64,000 nt of DNA, from positions 9,426,001 to 9,490,000 of the forward strand of contig NC_087438.1 in the NCBI RefSeq assembly GCF_036321535.1. Direction: 5' to 3'. This DNA comes from Camelus dromedarius (taxonomy: Eukaryota). This document shows positions 37,420 through 50,849 of this stretch, in pieces; positions within the stretch are counted from its first letter, which is position 1, and each line of letters starts with the position of its first letter. Under the pieces are notes generated by a model. It was not told where the DNA came from, ran no database searches, and saw only the letters and a program-made list of their open reading frames with translations. The position numbers and the translations under genes are program-made.

Positions 37420-37875
37420 GGATAGTGAATGGCTCAAGGGGATAATTGGTGAGGGAAAACCAAGCCTTTCAGCTCCAGGTCACCAATTCCAATACATATC
37501 AGGTCAGCAGTAATCAAAGGTGTGAGGGATTTTATACATTCTTCTCTGGTTCTTGCTAGATGGAGGGTTTATGTCAGAAAAGCATCTCCAGAAGTGACAA
37601 CCTCAGCACAGAAGACACACTTTAATTGACATGGAAGAACAGCCATCATTCCATCATTATAGGCTGCCAAGCCCAATCAGGGTGAAGACCATTCCATACA
37701 AATCTCTCTGCCTTCCCAGGGACGCATGCCATGGAATGACCAGAGTGGCACTTGAAAAAGGAGCTCAGAAAGTGGACAGTGAAAAACATAATGAAGACAC
37801 TGCTACCTTATACCTTGGATAATTAACGCCCAATGTTAGGTTGCCCAACCGTGGGTCAGCAGTTGTCCATGATCT
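37420..37875 (+). mobile_element. LF-SINE (LFSINE_Vert)-like ancient tRNA-derived SINE, near full length
   Basis: agtgaatggctcaaggggataattggtgagggaaaaccaagcctttcagctccaggtcaccaattccaatacatatcaggtcagcagtaatcaaagg is colinear with the LF-SINE head as I recall it (tggctcag.ggattggtaatggga...gagcctttcacctctaggtcactggttcaaatcc...caggtcggtagtgacc.aaag); later blocks ctcagcacagaag, tcagggtgaagaccatt and cactgc...tggataa are also in order. Confidence 0.72.
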
Positions 37876-38139
37876 GAAGGTATTTCAAATTTCTTCCCTC
37901 CATACTCTCCAATGCTAGGCACTATTCCAGACGTCGCTACCTCATTTTCTAAGAAAAGATGCTGATTGTCTCTCTTATAATTTTCTCCCCACAAATTTGG
38001 AAGATTTGTGTAATTTTTGCATTCCTGTGATTATTGATCACAGATTACAACAGTACTCTTGAGGACAATACATCAAATAGAGCCCTTCACTAGTTGGAAA
38101 TATTTTAGTTTAATAAGTGTCACTATTTCACGGAAAAGA

Positions 38140-38345
38140 CATTGAAGACTGACAGGCCTGGAGTTGAATCGCTACTCAATATTCCCTGTGTAATGATTCA
38201 ACCTTTACAAACCTCCACTTTCTGCATTTGTCAAGTGGTCATAATAATGCCAGTCCTACAGGGTCATGGTAAGAATGTGCTATACCTATAAAGTGTTTTT
38301 TTAAAGACATATTTCATAAAAGATACCCAATAAATGTTAGTTTCT
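38140..38345 (+). mobile_element. MIR SINE
   Basis: gactgacaggcctggagttgaatc...cctccactttctgcatttgtcaagtggtcataataatgccagtcctacaggg...ccaataaatgttag. Confidence 0.7.
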
Positions 38346-40087
38346 TTACTTCTATTAGCGAATGTAGAAATAACAAAAACGTTTTCACAGCTTTATCATG
38401 TTGGGTCCACTTAAATATGTGAGACATTGTACCACGGCTCTGAGGTTTCCTCCTTTGTGAGGGATGCAAGCCTGTCCCAACAGGGCAGTTTCTATCAGGT
38501 GTAGGAAAATGTCTTCTCATTGGAGAACCACAGAATAGAGAAGTTGAATGAAGCACAGTTAAAAACCACGGGAAAGTAGTTTGCTGGGTGAGTTAAGACT
38601 GACATTTTATGAATGATTGATAAAATTATAATAAGCTCTTATATTTCAGTATATCCATGTGCAATATTGATCATTTTGTCAATAATCAGGTACATAAAAG
38701 GAACAAATTCAAATAATGATTGGTTAATTCTCTAGACAGAGTCAGGAATAAATAGTCCAGGGTAGTGGATATCTTACAGGTGCCACGCTGATACATGGTA
38801 CCATGGGTAGTTGGAACCCTGTTGTGTGGCCTTAGTGAGCCATTTAACTTATCTGTGACTAACATGTTAGATTAAATAAATAATATTCAAAATCCTTTCT
38901 AGCTATAAATATATCTCAATATTTGCTATTATTGATGGGAAAGATAATTAAATTTTGCTGCTTGCTCTATTGTATTTCTTTGGCTATGGTTGACTTAAAA
39001 TTAATTTATTTCATACTCTAAGCAGTAATTTAATCATGCAGAGGTATTGTAGTAAAGTTGTCTTATGTTGCATCACTTACTTTATCACTAACTTTGCCTG
39101 ATAATTTTCAATTTCAAAAATGCATGCTATCAATAGGTACAGAGCACTAGAAGAACACAGCTTAGTGTTCTAAAGCCAGGTTGATTTTATGGCACAGACA
39201 ATAAGATTAGTGCTCACCTGACAAGTAATCCCAATAAATTTTGACAAGAAAATCACTAAGAATAAATACATGCCCCCATATTTATTCTGTTCTGACTATA
39301 AATATACTTTTAAAGACTATATAACAATTTCTTTGACAACATCCTTGATGGTTTAGCTACCAGTTTATAAATCATATAGGAATTTGACAGTTACAATACT
39401 AAAGTGCCTATGTAGCATGTAGAAATGGAACATCCAAGCCAACCTTAATACTAAAGAAAGATAATAGTTATATGAAATAGTATTATTATAATTTATTAGA
39501 ACTTTTTTCCAGTAGGAAGGAAACTTCCAGAATCAGTCAGTCAAGAAATAGAACTTGTTCTCACCCAGTGTCTTAGATATATTTCCCCTTCCTTTTTATT
39601 ACATATTTTAGGAATTTCCATTAATTATTTTTAGAAATATGATGTTGGCTAACATAAATTTATTCTTTAAATCAACCTATATTAAACATCTATATGTAAA
39701 AAAGTCTATACTTAGTGCTAAATATATTTTAGTATAAATTAGACACAATTCCTTCACCTGAAGGAATTTTGTGTCCAGTATTGATGAACACATACACTGT
39801 TAATGGACTTCTAGGTTTACAGTATATGGCAGATACACCATTCATTGCCCATGCATTGGTTACCCACACTCACACACACAATGACTTCTTAAAAAATAAA
39901 TCTCTGGAGGGCGTAGAGTTACGTTGTACAAAAGAGAAAGTTCTACCCCAAGACAGAGAGATAAGTTATGATGGTGATAAACTAGTTGCATTATCTCATT
40001 CTTGGTTGTCATTGATTTGTCTAAGATTAGCTATGTTTTTCTGTTCTAATAAAATATAAGAAGAAATCTGCTGAGGAAGCATGCTCC

Positions 40088-40270
40088 TGTTAAATCAGAA
40101 ACAATGAAAGCTCTGAGATTTCGCCTACTTTCAAGCTAACAAGTTATCCTGCCACATTTTGATATACATTTTCAAATGTACGACAGAAAAATGCAAGATC
40201 TCTGGGTCAGAGAAAGATATCATTTAATACTCATGTCAAAATGAAGCAGCCAGAGAAATAACATTTTTTG
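40088..40270 (-). mobile_element. ERVL LTR40-like 3' fragment, truncated by the L1 copy
   Basis: ctctgagatttcgcctactttcaagctaacaagttatcctgccaca...ctgggtcagaga is the reverse complement of the LTR end seen at 58550-58665. Confidence 0.75.
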
Positions 40271-40915
40271 CATGGTGAAGGAAACCATCAACAAAATGAA
40301 AAGGCAAGCTACTGAATGGGAGAAAATATTTGCAAATGATATATCCAACAGGAGTTAATATCCAAAATATATAAAAAAAACTCACACAACTCAATATAAA
40401 AAATATCCAATTTAAAAATTGGCAGAAGACTTCAATAGTCATTTTTCCAAAAAGGACATACAGATGGTCAACAGGCACATGAAAAGATGCTCAACATCAC
40501 TAATCATCAGGGAAATGAAAATCAAAACCACAATAAGATATTACTTCACACCTGTTAGAATGGCTATTATCAAAAAGGCAACAAAAAAACAAGTGTTGGG
40601 AAGGTTGTGGAGAATAGGGAATTCTTGTACATTGTTGGTGGAAATGGAAACTGTTATAGCCACTATGGAAAACAGTATGGAGTTTCCTCAAAAAAATTAA
40701 AAATATAACTGCCTTATGATCCAGCAATTTCATTTCTGGGTATTTATGCAAAGAAAACAAAAACACTAATTCAAAAAGATACATGCACCCCTATTTCATT
40801 GCAGCGTCATTTACGATAGCCAAGATAAGGAAACAACCTGAGTGTCCACTAATAGATGAATGGATAAAGAAGACGTGAGATACAAACATACATATTATAT
40901 ATATATATATGTATG
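40266..40915 (+). mobile_element. L1 segment (ORF2 C-terminus to start of 3'UTR), no poly-A; near copy of 44667-45330
   Basis: Encodes [46 protein letters not shown]; ends in a (TA)n tract. Confidence 0.92.
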
Positions 40916-43900
40916 TATTTACTAGAGTTAGATTCAGTAGAATTAGATACCAGTGATTTTACCTTATGGCCACCTTTGTTATCCAGCCAAATGACACCAA
41001 CCAGTTCTATCCGGCACATTTAAATAGAACAGTGTTGTTATTGAGGAAACTTTATGATTGTTTGTTTTGCTTTGTTTTTAATAACCACTGTGAAACAGTG
41101 GCTTTATAAAACGCAAATATTAAGTACTAATAAATTAAAATTAAAAAATGAAACTATAAGCCCCAAATATAATACAAGTGTCAGCAGACAAATATCAATA
41201 AATGTTGAACAAACATACCATGGAGAAAAAAATAATTTAAATATCATAAGTTTTGTTTATTTAAAGTGTGCATAAGGACAAACAATAGAGAAAAATGCTG
41301 TTGCACGTAACTTTTTGTCATTCTATAGCCATAATTTTCTCCAAGTTATGAAGTACAAATTTACCCATGCTAAACACACACATACACACACACATACACA
41401 CACATACATATATCCTTCGAATGAACACTATGTATATTAATATTTCATATGACAAATAAACTTGCTTATTGTTTTAGCCTAAATACAAAGTTAGATTGGC
41501 AACAAAGACATTTCTGTAATAATGTTTATAAGCTCCTTCTTTTGGTTTTGCTTTGAAAACATTGATTCTAGAAAATTCAGCCTCACAGAAGTATATTGAT
41601 GGGAGCTAAGAAAAAAATTTTAAAGCAATTTCAGTAAGCTCAAGATACTCATATTTTAATTTCATAGAACATATAAAGCAAGTGATTCTGCATTTTAAAA
41701 ATTCACTTTTACTCCTACACCAGCAGCCACTTCCAATCATATATTCTGTAAAGTTTTGGTTAAATTTAAATTATCTTTTAGTGAAACTAAATGGATTCTG
41801 GTTTTTATATACATGTTAGCTATGGTTGACATACTCATCTGGAAACACCACAAAACAGTAATGAATTCCTACTGTGTGTAACCACTACAGAGTTTGTGCC
41901 ACGAGCATCTTGTAAGGAAAGATCTACGACACCTGAACCCATCTGAACCCATCTGTGTTTGTTCAAGGAATGAGTCCACTGGTCCCATGTTGGATGTCCT
42001 CGTGATACAAATTGCTATAAAGTTTCTAATCTCTTCTCTTAAAGCTTCTATTTATCTTTTCCTCAGTCCACTGCCAGCTCCATGTCCACAGTGAGAAGCA
42101 CTGATCTAGAGAGAGTCCAACGGTCTGGCTAGAATCCACACTTCACCAAAGTGCAGAATAGATAGATTGTCACTTACAGCACCAACAGCCTGTATTTTCT
42201 GCAACCACGCCTTCATTTTCCATGAGGAACATCTCTCTTTTCTTCTTACTTCAGCTTCACCTCATTTCTATCTTACCCCCATTAAAATCATTTATTTTAT
42301 TTGCACGAGGATCTTAAAATGTAAACATTTAATGAGAAGCCATGCACTTCAGCAGGAGAGTGGGAGACTAGAAGTAAAGAAATGACTCTTATTTACAGAC
42401 CAGGAGGCGGCAGCAGACAGGATAGGCATGATGAAGACCAGCCATTCTCTCCAACTGGGTAAAGCCATCTTGGCTTTGACAGGTTCTGCCAGGGAAAGTC
42501 CCTTTACAGTCACCCTGGAGGAAATTTAGTTTTCTAGGTGCAAGATAAGAAGACTACTTGTTTCATTGTGGCTTCTTTTTCTTGGCCTATTGTACCCTGT
42601 TCAATCAACATTGTCCTTCTAAATGCTCAAGGTGGGATGTGAGACTACCTATTGCAGAATTTGAGACCTTTAATACCATCTGGGTAATTGAATTGGCTGG
42701 GGGCTCCACAAAACTGTCTGTGCAAAATGAGTAGGTTCTTCTTTTATTTCTTTTATCTTCCAAGTAATAGAATGAGACTGCCCACATCACCACAGGGTTA
42801 TAACATCCTATAGCATGTTTCGCTCTTTTAACTACTAACAGTAGCGCTGAGCTACTTGAGTGGCTTAACTCAAGGCAGATACATACACAACTCTTCGGTT
42901 TGGGTATAATTTTCACTTCATTGTATACTTAGCTCTTTGAAATGAATGTTCAACCACTGCACTGCCAGGGTACAATGTAGAGAGGTCTGGCAGGGGGGAA
43001 AAATAAGTGTTCATGCATCACATTCAGAAATGAAACCAGATGCCCTGACAAGATTTGGTGTCTCCATGATGTCACCCTGACACAGAGTTTAACCCTTTGG
43101 AAACTTCTCTTGGACTATTGTTTATGTGGAGTGGTCCAGGCTGTTCTGAAGATGGTATATTCAATCCTAATTAGCCTCGGTTTCAGAAATTAATCTCATT
43201 GGAAAGGAAGGTAGGCCAAGGTTGCACTGTTCCTTAATTATTCATTCAGGATTCCTTACACTCTATAGCAGCTCTGTAAGTCCAACCTCTTTTCTTCTTA
43301 TTTTCTGTGTTGCAGAAGTGTTATCATGGTGTTTAAAAGTCAGTCTCGTTATTTGACAGAATGTACATTGCTCAAGCTAGCAAATGCTGTGGCTCATGAG
43401 GAACTAAAGTGTTTTATTTCTTTTGTTTCAAGGTTAAAAATGCACCGTGAAGTAGATATTTGCATTTGTTTTCAATGCAATTCATGCAATTCATGAACAC
43501 AACCCCGGAATAAATTATTGCATATCTGTGAAGTGCAGATGGGACTTCCGGCTTCAAAAGGTTCTTAGAATGCTTTTCTGGAAGCAAATAAATTTACTGA
43601 TTTTACATGTTATTATTTCACACAGGGTGTTGAATGAAAATATTACTTACAAAGTTATTGTAACTTTGTGTTTCTATATTTATTGTTATATGAATTTAAT
43701 CTTCACAAGAACAGTTGATAATTGTATCAAGTAAGTACTAATTTCTGCATATTATTTGTATTATTTTGTTTTAATCATAAGTTCATTTCACAAAAGGCTA
43801 TCAATGTCAGATATTTGAGAGGACAAATGTGCAGCTACTCAATTATAAAAGTAAATGAAGCATTCAAAGAACAAGTACATCTCATCTATGTATCAGCAAA

Positions 43901-44461
43901 CCTAATTCAATACCCATGTAACCTAAATATTTATCTAGAATTTCCCACCTCTAAAATACTGAGCAACATAGAAAATAAAGACAACTTCCAAGTCTAAGGA
44001 AATAAATGGTAAAATGGAAGAACGGCTCTCATCAGAGTAGATCAGAAAAAGCAAACAGGAAAATTCATTGATGTTCAATATTAAATCCCTTCCAAGCTAC
44101 AAACTTATGATTTAAGACTCCAATTAAAATCATTTACCACTATCCTGCTTTAACTTTTGCCATTCTACCCCTACTAACCATTTGTCCTAGGGCCTTTTAA
44201 TTAATGTCAATGGGAGGAAAAAGGGGAATTGTAATACAGAAATTTTTATTCTTCTTCCTTCATAATTACAAAGCCGAAAAGGTATTGTGGCCAAGGTGAG
44301 CAAGGGAATCCCAGGTACAGGAACATTTACAAAACATGGTGAAGTGAAATAACATGTGAAGAAGGGAAATTCCTCAGAAGAGGATGCCAGTAAGCTAACA
44401 TACTAGACATCAACTCTTCCATTAAATGAAACAAATAGAATTAACAATTATAGCATCTGTG

Positions 44462-45286
44462 TGCCACTTTTTTACACCATATACAAAAATAAACTCAAAA
44501 TAGATTAAAGACTTAAATATAAGACTTGAAATCATAAAGCTCCTGGAAGAAAACATAAGCAGTGCATTTGTTGACATCAGTCTTGGTATTTTTTTGGATC
44601 TGTCTCCTCAGGCAAAGGCAACAAAGGCAAAACTAAACAAATGGGACTATGTCAAATTTTTTAAAACTTTTGCATGGTGAAGGAAACCATCAACAAAATG
44701 AAAAGGCAAGCTACTGAGTGGGAGAAGATATTTGCAAATGATATATCCAACAGGGGTTAATATCCAAAATATATAAAAAACTCACACAACTCAATACAAA
44801 AAATATCCAATTTAAAATTGGACAGAAGGCTTGAATTGTCATTTTTCCAAAAAGGACATACAGATGGTCAACAGGCACATGAAAAGATGCTCATCATCAC
44901 TAATCATAAGGGAAATGAAAATCAAAACCACAATAAGATTTCAGTTCACACCTGTCAGAATGGCTATTATCAAAAAGGCAGCAAAAAAACAAGTGTTGGG
45001 AAGGATGTGGAGAACAGGGAATTCTTGTATATTGTTGGTGGGAGTCTGTTACACCACTATGGAAAACAGTATGGAGTTTCCTCAAAAAAATTAAAAATGT
45101 AACTGCCTTATGATCCAGCAATTTAATTTCTGGACATTTATGCAAAGAAAACAAAAACACTAATTCAAAAAGATACATGCACCCCTATGTTCATTGCAGC
45201 ATTATTTACAGCAGCCAAGATGAGGAAGCAATTTGAGTGTCCACTGATACATAAATGTATAAAGATGTGAGATACATACATGTGTG

Positions 45287-45318
<32 letters not shown>

Positions 45319-45862
45319 CGTACACACATGTACACACATACATAAAAATATATACATATATAAACATAAAATGGAATATTACTCAGCCATAAAAAGAATG
45401 AAATCTTGCCTCTTGTGACAACATGGATGAACCTAGAAGATAGTATTCTAAGGAAAGTAAGTCAGAGAATGACAAATAACTTATGATTTCATTTAAATGT
45501 GGAATCTAAAAAACAAAACAAATGAACCAACAAAACAAAACAGAAGCAGACTCAGATACAGAGAACAAACTGGTGGTCGCCAGATAGGAGAGAGCTGGGG
45601 GACTGGGCAAAATAAGTGAAGGCGATTAAGAGGTATAAGCTTCCACTCGAAAATAAATAAGCCACACAGATGTAATGTACAGCATAGGGAATATAGTCAA
45701 TAATATCACAATAACTTCTCATGGTAACAGATGGCTTCTGGACTTACCATGGTGATGAATGTATAATGTATATAAATGTTGAATCACTATGTTTTATACC
45801 TGAAACTAGTATAACATTATATGCCAATTTTAGTTCAATAAAAATGAAATATATATAAAAGA
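44462..45862 (+). mobile_element. 5'-truncated L1 (ORF2 3' part plus complete 3'UTR and A-rich tail), Laurasiatherian-type 3'UTR
   Basis: TPYTKINSK ORF2 start, C-terminal RMAIIKK block, 3'UTR gagaacaaactggtggtcgccaga...gtacagcatagggaatatagtcaataat...caataaaaatg. Confidence 0.93.
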
Positions 45863-46304
45863 AGAAATTCTATCCACTAACTCGTTATTTTACAAACATC
45901 TTTTTAAATTTCACCAAATGGTCTTTTAAACCAATTAATAACAGGGTAATTCACTAATTAATTAAGAGTGAATAATGCAGGTCAAGTTAAATGTATGCTT
46001 TTATTTTGTAAATAACTTAGTGAGAGACAAAAGACATTCAGGCTGGATGATAATTTGAATATTAATTCAAGCACAGTCATTACACAGATGAGGATGTTCA
46101 GAATATATGATGGTTACACTTCTAATACCAGAGGCAGATCTGGATCACCAATCTGTGGCTCTTCTAGTCCTGCTTTCTCTGTTTTGCCTTCTCTTTAAAT
46201 CTCGGTTTGTTTTGAAACAGTGACTAACTCATGGGCTTCCCTTGTGATCACCACCGCTGCTTCTCAATTATGATTTGGATGCAAAAGTGAAGGAGAAAAG
46301 GAAA

Positions 46305-46525
46305 TAGTCATTAAGCACTTACTGCATGCAGATATTGCACTAGGCACACTTTCACATATGTTTCATCATAAAATGATGACACCACCCTGTAAGTTATGTA
46401 TATTTCAATTTTGTTTATTACTGGAGGAAAATGAGACTCAGTTAAAGTACATTGCCCCAAATTATAAGGGTAGTAAATATCGCACTTGGGATTCAATTCA
46501 AGGTCTGACTGACCACAAAATGAAT
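46305..46525 (-). mobile_element. MIR SINE
   Basis: cattaagcacttactgcatgcag...gaggaaaatgagactcagttaaagtacattgcccc...gggattcaattcaaggtctgactgac. Confidence 0.8.
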
Positions 46526-48854
46526 CAGCTTTTCATTAAAAGAAAAAGGAGCTAGTACACAGATGAGGCTTTGTGCATTGATTTGGGATCTGAAAACCAA
46601 TCTCATGGTACTTCTAAAGACGAATGTCCACAGTTATAAGGTGGGGCTAGAGTTCACTGCAAGTTGATTTCATCCTGTATCCCCGGTTCATAGGACCAAA
46701 AACGTCTTGGAGTGTGTGTCTCAGTTTGGGGAAAAAGTAGAAATTATTTGATCAAAATCTCTAACCCAGCTTATATTAAAAATCATGCAAACAGTTACAT
46801 TTCTTTTCTGTCTTTGTCTAAACCAATTCTATGATGACAGCATACCAATAGTAGACCTCTTGTATTTTTGTCACTTGCAAACCATCATTACCCTCATCAT
46901 ATTAAATCATTATCATTAAAGTAATTGTCTTCATGTGTTTAATACAGTAAAAAATATAATGGCATTTGGAGCAATTGGAAAGTCTTCCGTGGGTGTTTTC
47001 TCTCATTGTCTCTAACTCAGGCTAGAGCAGACCAAAGAGGAAATATAATGAGAGCAGCAACTCTAATCAACGACAGTTTGATTACCTTGTGGAAATAATT
47101 TTTGAGTCTTCAAAGTTATCCAGGGATTTCAAATGCAGGTAGGTAACAAAGTAAACATTTTATCTCCAAGGCAATAGCAATGTTCCCCAGGTGGGTGGAA
47201 TGGCCGAAGCGTGTGGTGTAGACACTTTTATCTTCTAGATTCTTATTTTCTAGTTCTTATTTTCATGGCAGAAAAAAATAGTAAATTGACTATAAATAAT
47301 ACATTGACAAGTAACTGGCTATAATCATTTCCTAGGATTTCTAGATTAAAAGTGCCAAGATTGTTAGTATTCTCTTTATATTTTTTAGTAAGATATTTCA
47401 TCCAACGAATTTGGAGACTGAGAAGGATACAATTAAAGACCAAGAATTGTGCAGAAATGGAAGAACTGAAAAATAAGCAAGTATCCCTAGTGCTTAACAA
47501 ATGCAAGGAGATCAAGCAAAAAGAAGTACTATTTTATTTATAAAATCACTGACATTTTAAAAATTTATTGTCTCAGGGAGGTATGGGCTTAAAGTAAAGA
47601 TGAGCTCTAGTAGTGTTGAAGTAAATGTATGTTTAATAGATAAATATTATTTTGAACGAAAAAAAAAGTGACTTCCAGAGTTACAGTCTCAAATTTTGAT
47701 ACAAAAAACAAGACCATATTTTATTAAATTGTGATCTTAATATTTCTACCCAAAGTAAAATTTGGGGGTATGTGGAAAATGAATCTGATCTAGGATAGTA
47801 TTTTAATACGTCTATTAAATACATCGTTCATTAGAATGATGAAAGATATGCTTAAAGCAAACTCCAAATATAATTCAATTAGCTGGCATATGTCTAAAGC
47901 ATTGTCTCAAATTTGTTATTGTAGTTTTTGTTCTGGTAGAGAGATTTCTGTTCTAATGGCATCAGCAGTAACAAGATTTGGACGGTAAAGATGATCTTTC
48001 AGCTTGCAAGTCTTTATTTTAGCTGTTTTATTTGACTACTGTTACCACATTCAGTTCATAATGTTGGTAGGGATACACGACTTATGTCACAAGTGATTCA
48101 TGAATATTAGGAGCATCTGCTGCAGGAGAACGTCATTAAAACCGCCAGGAGGGTAGCCCGTTTTATGGGAAATTCTCTAATTTTTCTAAAGCACCACTAC
48201 AAGTTGTAAGCACAATATTAATTTTCCTAAGCATGTTGTAGAACTGCTAAATTGAAGTCAAAATGTGTTGGCTTTGCAGTTTTGAAGGGCATCTAAAATA
48301 AAGCGGGAAAGAGACATGTTCTTTATATGAGCAACTTTATGAAAACATAGGAAAAATCTATTACTTATCCTTCAGTGGAATAATAATGCCCCCCAAAACC
48401 AAAGCTTACTCACCATTAGGTGTCTGAGTCTGTATATAGGGTTGTGAATCCCATCTTTTTTATCCCAAAGCCATGTGCACACACCCATTGCCTATAAACA
48501 GTCATAGTTTTATGATTTAGTTACTGTTTATGTTTTTTGTCTTGTTTCTTTAGTGGAGAAATAAGTAGAAATGGGAGCAGAAACAAATTTTAAAGACTGT
48601 GCTTCAAAATTATTGACAGTTAAACCAAAATAGTCATCGGACATTCTAAACTTTCTCTTACTTTCTTCAATTCAATTTAATCAATTCAAATCAACAAACA
48701 TGATAATTAACTAGTGAGATACTGTACTAGGTCCTTTAACATAGAAGAATGAACTAACTTTAAGCCATACTCAGTCAAGAGGAATTATTCTCCAAGGAAA
48801 GAAAGAAAATAAACGAAAAATCTCCCTTAGAAAACCACAGTGCCAATTTTTATG

Positions 48855-50849
48855 CTTTTTATTGTGGTAAAAACATATCAAAAATTTACCATTTAATCAT
48901 TTTTAAGTGTACTGCACAGTAGTGCTAACTGTATTGCAACAGATCTCTAGAAATTTTTCATCATGCAGAACTGAAAATCTATATTGAATAACTCTCTATT
49001 CCTTTCTTTCCTTGGGCCCAGAAAACCACAATTCTACTTTGTTTCTAAGTTTGACTCCTTTAGAAATTTTGTGTAAGTGGAATCATACAATATTTGTCTT
49101 GTCTGTCTTTCTTTACTTAGAAATGTCTTCAAATGTTGCAGCATATTACAGAATTTCCTTATTTTTAAGGCTGAATAATATGCCATTTTATGCATATCCT
49201 TATCCATTGATCTGTTGATGGATATTTAGTTTTCTTCTATCTCTTAGCTATTGTGAATAAAGTAGCAATGAACACAGATGTGTAACTATCTCTTCAAGAG
49301 CCTGTTTTTATTCTTTCAAATAAGTACCCAGAAGTGGGATTACTAGATCATATCAAAGTTCTAGTTTTGGTTTTTTGGTGAACTTCCATACTCTTTTCCA
49401 TAGTGGCTGCACCATTTTGCATTACCCCCAAAAGAATTCAGTTCATCTTTTCCAACATTTGTTATTTTCTCATTTTTTAGAGTAGCCATTCTAATGGTAT
49501 GAGGTGATATCTCATTGTGGTTTTAGTTTTCATTTCCCTGATAATTAGTGATGTTGCACAACTTTTTTATTTTTCATGCTTTTTGGCCATTTTATATCTT
49601 CTTTGGAGACAGGTCAATTTAGGTCATTGTCCCTTTTTTTTAATTAATGGGTTTTTTTGTTGTTAAAAATTTGTAGAAATTTTTTATATATTCTGGATAT
49701 TAATCTCTTATCAGATACATGGGTTGAAATAGTTTCTTCCATTCCTTAGCTTGTCTTTTCACCCTGTTGAGTGTTTTCTTTGCTACACAGAAATATTTAA
49801 GTTTGATGTAGTCCCATTTGTTTATTTTTGTTTTTATTTTTTGCTATTTTGGTGTCATATTCAAGAAATCATTGCCAAATCCAATGTCATGAAATTTCAC
49901 CCTAGGTTTTCTTCTGGGAATTTTATAGTTGTAAGTCTTACATTTACAACTTTAATCCATTTTGAGTTAATTTTTGTATAAGACATAGGTATAAGTCTAA
50001 CTTCATTCTTTTGCATTTGAATGTCAAGCTTCCTTAGCACCATTTGTTAGAGATCATTCTTTCCCCATTGTGTAGCCATGACACCCTAATTGAAGATTAA
50101 TTGACCATACATGTCAACTAACGTCCAGAAACGTGACATTTTGATTACTATAGCATTGTCATATTGGTACTACACTCTAATATTGATTATTAGAGGTCTG
50201 TAACATTAATCATGATAGTGTTGTAATATTTTATTGCTATATCTTTGAAATCAGGATGTATAAAGAATAAAAAAATTCCATTGACATTTTGATAGAGATT
50301 ACACTGAATCTGTAGATCACTTTGGATGGTATGGACATCTTAACAATATTAAGTCTTCCAATCCATGACCAAAGGATGTCTTTCCATTTACTTGTGTCTT
50401 CTTAATTCCTTTCAAGAATGTTTTATAGTTTTCAGTGTAAAATGCCTTTGTCTCCTTGATTGTCTTTATCGATGTTTTTGCTGCATCCCGTAAGACTTGA
50501 TATACAGTATTTTAACTTCATTTGCTTAACATGTTTTCTGATTCCTATATGTGTTCTTCTTTCACCCATTGCTTATTCAAGAGTGTATTGTTCAATTTCC
50601 ACATATTTGTGAATTTTTTCCTTTTATTATTAATTTCTAGTTTCATTCCGTTGGGATCAGAAAAGACACTTGGTATGATTTTAATCTTCATGAGTTTGTT
50701 GACTGTTTTATGGTCTAACAAATAATCTATTTTGTGCCTTTGAGATAAATATGTATTCTTTTGCTGTAGAGTGGAGTGTTCTATAAATCTCTTTTAGGTC
50801 CAGTTGGTCTAAGGTGTTGTTCAAGTTCTCTGTTTTCTTATTGATCTTC
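48855..50849 (-). mobile_element. Old L1 (L1MA/L1MB-like) 3' UTR plus ORF2, with internal deletions
   Basis: ttttattgtggtaaaaaca...acagatctctagaa; gtagccattctaatggtatgaggtgatatctcattgtggtttt; jumps to the endonuclease-region sequence at ~50463. Confidence 0.9.

Noticed and set aside
39152..39171. Steroid response element-like palindrome AGAACA...TGTTCT
   Set aside because: Spacer is 8 nt, not the required 3 nt
40419..40700. Paralogous ORF pair with 44831-45094 that looks like a duplicated small gene
   Set aside because: Both are frameshifted L1 ORF2 C-terminal remnants
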